From Promethearchaeota archaeon (GTDB lineage: Archaea > Asgardarchaeota > Heimdallarchaeia > Hodarchaeales > Hodarchaeaceae), in NCBI GenBank assembly GCA_048938105.1, contig JBHLMN010000021.1, positions 41,699-105,698 on the forward strand: a stretch of DNA of 64,000 bases. The letters run 5' to 3'. The notes beneath the pieces were generated by a model. The model had not been told where the DNA came from. It worked only from the letters and a program-made list of their open reading frames with translations, and made no database searches. Made by a program: the position numbers and the translations under genes. The stretch's first letter is position 1. The number at the start of each line of letters is the position of its first letter. Shown here in pieces: positions 59,326 to 64,000 of this stretch.

Positions 59326-61053
59326 TTAATCCAAACATCCTTCTAACCATATTCCAGCGAGTGTTTCAAAATCAGGAGGTTCAAGGTTAATTTCTCTATC
59401 AACAACAATATCAAGAACAGCTGGAACTCTTGAATCGTTTGCTTTTTCCAAGGCAGGTCTGATGTCATTTGGTTCAGTTACTCGAATACCTAAGCAATCC
59501 ATCGATTCAGCTAGCTTATCATAATGCACATCAAAAAAATCAACACCGATGTAACGCTGTTCGTAGGCAACCTTTTGACCAGCTTTAATCATACCATATG
59601 CTCTATCATTTGAAACTATAATGATAATTGGCAGCTTCAATCGGCGAGCAGTCTCAAGCTCTTGAACATTGAACATAAATGAACCATCACCCATAATTGC
59701 ATACACTTTTTTATCGGGTTTAGCTAATTGAGCGCCAATTGCAAATCCAATTCCTACGCCCAAGTGTCCAGAATCACTCGGCCACAAATATGTATTAGGC
59801 TCGTAGATTCGATTTAAATAATGAGCCCAAACACCTGTGTTTCCACCATCTACAATGGATATCGCGTCCCGCGGAAAGAAATCTCGGACTTCCTGAATTA
59901 CTCTAAGAGGATGAATAGGTATTTGACCAGATTTACCCTGTTCTACAAAATCTTTTAGCCATTCATCTTGAGTTTCACGGCATTCTTCTACCCATGAAGA
60001 CGATTCACGAGGAGATATACGTGACTTAATCACTTCAAAAAGTTGTTTTGTCGTAGATTTTGCATCTCCAACGATACCTAGTTGCACTGGCCGGTTTAAT
60101 CCAATTGTTTCAGGATCAATATCGATTTGAATTATATTTTGGGAGTCTTGTTCTCCCCAAAACGGTGGCCGTCCCCAATTATCTAAATCTCCAAAGCGAC
60201 CACCAATTAGTAAAATAAGATCAGCACCAGATTGAGCTGCAATAGCACCAAAACCAGCAGGTAATAAGAGTAAAGGATGATCATCAGGAAGGACTCCTCG
60301 AGCAAAGACAGAGCTAGTCACTGGACATTGCAAATATTCAGCTAGAGCTTGAACTTCTTCATTGGCATTAGAGCGGAGAACACCTCCTCCAACATGAATC
60401 AATGGATACTCTGCTTTAAGTAGCAAATCTGTAGCCTTTTCAATCAAATCGTGCTGCGCAACTGGATTCCTTAGGCAACGATAATTTTCAGGTTTGGTAA
60501 CAGGAGTCATGAGTTCCGAGATATCATTCATTTCAAATAAAACATCGGAAGGGACATCAAGTAAGACTGGTCCAGGTCGACCTGCTATGGCTACTCGAAA
60601 AGCCCATTGCACTAAACTTGGGATCCGCTTCCAAGGAGAAACAACAGCTTGCCATTTTGTAATTGGTTTGAAGAGATTTATTTGATCTAAATCTTGTGTC
60701 ATCCCATGCCCTGGATATATATTCCAAGTCTGATTTTGGGCTGTAATTATGACCATTGGGATGCTATCTGCAAATGCTGCATATACTCCTGGTATTAAGT
60801 CAGCTGCACCAGGACCAACAGTGCCTAAACAAACACCTGGTTCATTAGTTACTCGAGCCCATGCGTCAGCTGCGTTTGCACAGGATTGTTCGTGTCGGAA
60901 GGTCACAAAATCAATTGAATCCTCTCTATAGATCGCATCTAATATTGGATATAATTGATCTCCAGGTATCCCGAAAACGAATTTCACTCCCTCCTGTTTC
61001 AAACAATCTATTATGAGTTCTCCACCAGTCTTTTGAACCATAATTCTAGTCAC
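59326..61053 (-). CDS. Thiamine pyrophosphate-binding enzyme (acetolactate synthase large subunit-like)
   Basis: FGIPG, RHEQ, GPG, GRPGPV, GDGSF...NDRAYG. Confidence 0.92.
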   Translation of the reverse strand: MTRIMVQKTGGELIIDCLKQEGVKFVFGIPGDQLYPILDAIYREDSIDFVTFRHEQSCANAADAWARVTNEPGVCLGTVGPGAADLIPGVYAAFADSIPMVIITAQNQTWNIYPGHGMTQDLDQINLFKPITKWQAVVSPWKRIPSLVQWAFRVAIAGRPGPVLLDVPSDVLFEMNDISELMTPVTKPENYRCLRNPVAQHDLIEKATDLLLKAEYPLIHVGGGVLRSNANEEVQALAEYLQCPVTSSVFARGVLPDDHPLLLLPAGFGAIAAQSGADLILLIGGRFGDLDNWGRPPFWGEQDSQNIIQIDIDPETIGLNRPVQLGIVGDAKSTTKQLFEVIKSRISPRESSSWVEECRETQDEWLKDFVEQGKSGQIPIHPLRVIQEVRDFFPRDAISIVDGGNTGVWAHYLNRIYEPNTYLWPSDSGHLGVGIGFAIGAQLAKPDKKVYAIMGDGSFMFNVQELETARRLKLPIIIIVSNDRAYGMIKAGQKVAYEQRYIGVDFFDVHYDKLAESMDCLGIRVTEPNDIRPALEKANDSRVPAVLDIVVDREINLEPPDFETLAGIWLEGCLD

Positions 61054-61263
61054 GCCTTTATTAAATTTAAAATTAATACATTTTTAGTTGAGTAGACTTT
61101 GTCCTATAGATCTTAATAGAATAAATAGCGTCATTATTTATTAAAATAAATAATTTGATATTAATGGGTTAATTTTTACCTTATGAAAAGAATCCTTTAT
61201 TATCTAAAAGTTGTTCTAGAATGACTCTAAAACTATTTTTAACTTCATCACTTTTTTATTCGG

Positions 61264-61887
61264 TTAATTATTCACAGGTGGATAAGCAAATATCGAATAA
61301 ACATATCCTTCAGATTCCTCAAGAATCTTAGATACATCTTCAGTTGAAATTTCTTGAATGATTTCAGAAGCTAGTGAATGAAAGCGTGAGAATTGGTCTT
61401 CTTTGAGGAAAAGTACATCACAAATCGGTTTTTTCTCTTTATAATATTTATTAAATTGATCATCGGACATAGTAAGATAAGTTCGAAGTGCTTCCACTAA
61501 TGCTCCTACTGCAATATACATTTCAGCAAGAAATGCAAGTCTAGGGTTATTTTTGATAAGAATCTTCCACTCTTGTTCCTTCTTCAATTGAAAAAAGTGT
61601 GGGTTAATATAGAAGATTTTTCGACTTAAATTGGTACCTGGAACAGCTTCTCTCTTCATTGATAGAATCCCCACATCTTCAAGCTTGTTGAGATGATAGT
61701 AAATTGTATTCCCCTTAATACCGAGAACTGTTCTTAGATAGTCAACCGTCACTTCCTTCTCGCGTAAGATAATGAAGAAAAGAGCCATTCGTGTTGTTCC
61801 TTCTATAGAGTCTTCAACAGATTCTTCTATCGTTTTTAGAAATTCTTCAAGTTTGGAATATTGTTCGGAACTTTCTTGGTTCTCCAT
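61264..61887 (-). CDS. ArsR-like winged-helix transcriptional regulator
   Basis: TRMALF...NTIYYHLNKLEDVGIL...RKIFYIN. Confidence 0.85.
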   Translation of the reverse strand: MENQESSEQYSKLEEFLKTIEESVEDSIEGTTRMALFFIILREKEVTVDYLRTVLGIKGNTIYYHLNKLEDVGILSMKREAVPGTNLSRKIFYINPHFFQLKKEQEWKILIKNNPRLAFLAEMYIAVGALVEALRTYLTMSDDQFNKYYKEKKPICDVLFLKEDQFSRFHSLASEIIQEISTEDVSKILEESEGYVYSIFAYPPVNN

Positions 61888-61935
61888 GAGAGGATACTCC
61901 TTGATTTGTTGACTAATTCAAATTTCACCGAAATC

Positions 61936-61999
61936 AAAAGGTATTTAAACTTTTTGTAACGTTCAAATTAATTGAATACCATCATTCAAAAAATTTGAA
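61936..61999 (+). promoter_or_regulatory. BRE/TATA promoter with two TTCAA-N5-TTGAA operator palindromes
   Basis: AAAAGGTATTTAAA at ~61936-61949; palindromes at 61962-61976 and 61985-61999, between the divergent regulator and the AKR gene. Confidence 0.6.
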
Positions 62000-62015
62000 T
62001 AAGAGGACTAATCCC

Positions 62016-63125
62016 TTGAAATATTCAAAAATACCTAAAACTAGTAAAAAAATTTCAAAAATTGGTTTTGGATCCCGTCAATTGAAATTAATTGGAAAAG
62101 AGGACGGTTTAAAGAAATTAATTGATACAGCGCTTGATCTAGGAATCAATTTTTTCTGTACATCTTCAAATTATCAAGAAGGGAAGGTTGAAGCCAAGCT
62201 TGGTCAGCTTCTCTCTGGAATTAGGGATGAAGTGATAGTTGCAACCTCTGGTGGAGTTTCACATCGAGATGGAAAAATCATTGTTGATTCGAGTCCCGTA
62301 GCACTTGAGAAAGGTATTCAACAGAGTCTCAAGAATTTAAAGACTGATTATTTAGATCATTTTGAAATCCATCTTTATGATCCTATTACACCATTAGAAG
62401 AGTCATTATCGTACCTTTCAGATTTACTAGAGAATGGCACCATAAAATCTGTTGGTACATCTTGCTTTTACACTGATATACTCAGAAAATGGCAAAAGCT
62501 TATTCCAACAAGTCTTGTTCAAGTTCCTTTAAACCCAATACAAAGAAAGGTATATGATTCAGTTATAGGGACTTGTCAAGAATTAGATATTGGGATTATA
62601 GCGTATTCGCCCTTATTTAGCGGTTTTCTGGCAAAAAAACTCAATGAATTTCCAAGTAACTTAAACAAACTATTTGATGCCCCTGATAGTTGGCAAAATT
62701 GCTTAATGAAACTCACACACAAGCTTGCAGAATTAAGTAAGGAAACAAAAATCACGATTTCTCAATTAATTTTAAATTGGATTTTGGCGCATGAAGAATT
62801 AACCTGTGTTCTAGTAGGTACGAATGACATTGATCATTTAAGAGAAAATGTGTCAGTTGTTGATAATCCCATTTCGGATTCATTAGTAAAACGTATTAAT
62901 AAAACTATCAATACCGAAGTTAATTTATCACAAATTGATAACATTGATAACAGACCAAAACTTGAAGCAATAATAGAATCTATTTCAACTAATTATAATG
63001 GAAAATTGGTGGCAAATTTCGAATCAGGATTAAGAATAATGGTACCTCAACAATTCAAGGTTGGAACTAAACTCTATTTAGACATTGAAACAGGAGAATT
63101 AATAAAACATATTATTACTTCATGA
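62016..63125 (+). CDS. Aldo/keto reductase-fold protein (degenerate active site) with C-terminal EF-P-like beta domain
   Basis: SKIGFG, GINFFCTS.NY, SLKNLKTDYLD, IIAYSPL.SG.L, L.EN; TTG 62016 follows GAGG. Confidence 0.8.
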   Translation: MKYSKIPKTSKKISKIGFGSRQLKLIGKEDGLKKLIDTALDLGINFFCTSSNYQEGKVEAKLGQLLSGIRDEVIVATSGGVSHRDGKIIVDSSPVALEKGIQQSLKNLKTDYLDHFEIHLYDPITPLEESLSYLSDLLENGTIKSVGTSCFYTDILRKWQKLIPTSLVQVPLNPIQRKVYDSVIGTCQELDIGIIAYSPLFSGFLAKKLNEFPSNLNKLFDAPDSWQNCLMKLTHKLAELSKETKITISQLILNWILAHEELTCVLVGTNDIDHLRENVSVVDNPISDSLVKRINKTINTEVNLSQIDNIDNRPKLEAIIESISTNYNGKLVANFESGLRIMVPQQFKVGTKLYLDIETGELIKHIITS

Positions 63126-63157
63126 TTAAGTAAATTACAATTATTAGAGAGAATTTA

Positions 63158-63718
63158 ATGTCAAATGCACATCTTACAATATCTGAATTACAAAAAGAGG
63201 AGTTAAAATTTCTTCTTGAACTTTGGAACACCCCTGAAATAATGCGATACGCTGATGAATTTCCCAGATTTAGAGGATGGTCAAAGTCTAATGATGAACA
63301 ATCAGCGTGGAAAATCTATAAAGAGAAACGTGCAAAACATGGGTATGACTACACTCAATTAATACTATGGCTCGATAATATTCCTATCGGTGAATCTTTC
63401 TTCTTTTCTTTACCAGATTCCTATACTTTTGGTAAATGGTTAAAACCAGATAAGGTAAAATCTTTTATGGGTGATATCAAACTATTGCCACGATATTGGG
63501 GGAGAGGTATAGGTTCAAAAGGAATGCGTTTAGTTGTACGTTTCGTTTTCACAGAAACAAAATGTGAACTTTTTGTAGTACCTCCTCATCGCTTAAATCC
63601 TGCAGCATATCGTGTATATGAAAAGGCGGGTTTCATTCCTTTTACTGGTATGAGATCTTGGAGAAATCACAGGATCATGGAATTATCAATTGAACAGTAT
63701 GAGAAGATCTATTTATAG
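63158..63718 (+). CDS. GNAT family N-acetyltransferase (RimL/AAC(6')-like)
   Basis: YWGRGIGS acetyl-CoA motif; NPAAYRVYEKAGF. Confidence 0.88.
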   Translation: MSNAHLTISELQKEELKFLLELWNTPEIMRYADEFPRFRGWSKSNDEQSAWKIYKEKRAKHGYDYTQLILWLDNIPIGESFFFSLPDSYTFGKWLKPDKVKSFMGDIKLLPRYWGRGIGSKGMRLVVRFVFTETKCELFVVPPHRLNPAAYRVYEKAGFIPFTGMRSWRNHRIMELSIEQYEKIYL

Positions 63719-63741
63719 AAAAAACTCCCATTAGTTAACAT

Positions 63742-64000
63742 CTAGGCTGTATACCCAGGTATGTTTTCAAGTTGACTAAAGAAATATTCTTTATCTTCTT
63801 TTTTCTTGATTTTTTCACCTGCTTCTTTTGCTAAGGTAATATATTTTTTAAATTCGGTTTTCTTATCCGCTGCGATTGCATAGACCCTTGCCATTGCTTC
63901 ATAGGCAAAAGCAATGTCGAAATCACCTATATTATTATCTTCGCAAATTTTTAAACATCTCTTTGCGTGATATTCAGCTGCAAAAGGCCTTTTTAAGATC
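63742..64000 (-). CDS. Partial conserved hypothetical helical protein (5' end outside the window)
   Basis: Manual translation ILKRPFAAEYHAKRCLKICEDNNIGDFDIAFAYEAMARVYAIA...IPGYTA*; not in the ORF track. Confidence 0.7.
   Translation of the reverse strand, partial: ILKRPFAAEYHAKRCLKICEDNNIGDFDIAFAYEAMARVYAIAADKKTEFKKYITLAKEAGEKIKKKEDKEYFFSQLENIPGYTA

Noticed and set aside
1-64000. tRNA, rRNA, integrase or transposase genes
   Set aside because: No GC-rich structured RNA-like segment or recombinase/transposase motif was seen by eye; a tRNAscan/Rfam run would be needed to exclude small RNAs.

Overview
AT-rich, gene-dense archaeal chromosomal segment, most likely from an Asgard archaeon (Heimdallarchaeia/Hodarchaeales-like). 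That assignment is an inference from a profilin-like gene, longin/DENN-like genes, archaeal GGTGA/GAGG Shine-Dalgarno sites and TATA boxes. I found no rRNA, tRNA, CRISPR array or transposase. Main contents: (1) a partial secreted beta-helix/Ig-like surface protein missed by the ORF track (<1-2207). (2) Several candidate eukaryotic-signature proteins: a tandem pair of double-longin proteins, profilin, a DENN-like protein and a CCDC47/DUF1682-like membrane protein. (3) Six dispersed gamma-class N6-adenine methyltransferases with no recognisable restriction nuclease. (4) An APC permease / metallophosphoesterase / two-nucleotidyltransferase module. (5) A class II CCA-adding enzyme fused to a circularly permuted P-loop kinase. 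(6) A chemosensory cluster (cheB, cheR, cheC, cheA, cheY, a six-domain CheW polyprotein, cheW, cheB2) with no chemoreceptor, cheD or cheF in the window, whose first gene is a longin-like protein overlapping cheW. The rest is housekeeping metabolism. All family calls come from motif recognition by eye; no searches were run.
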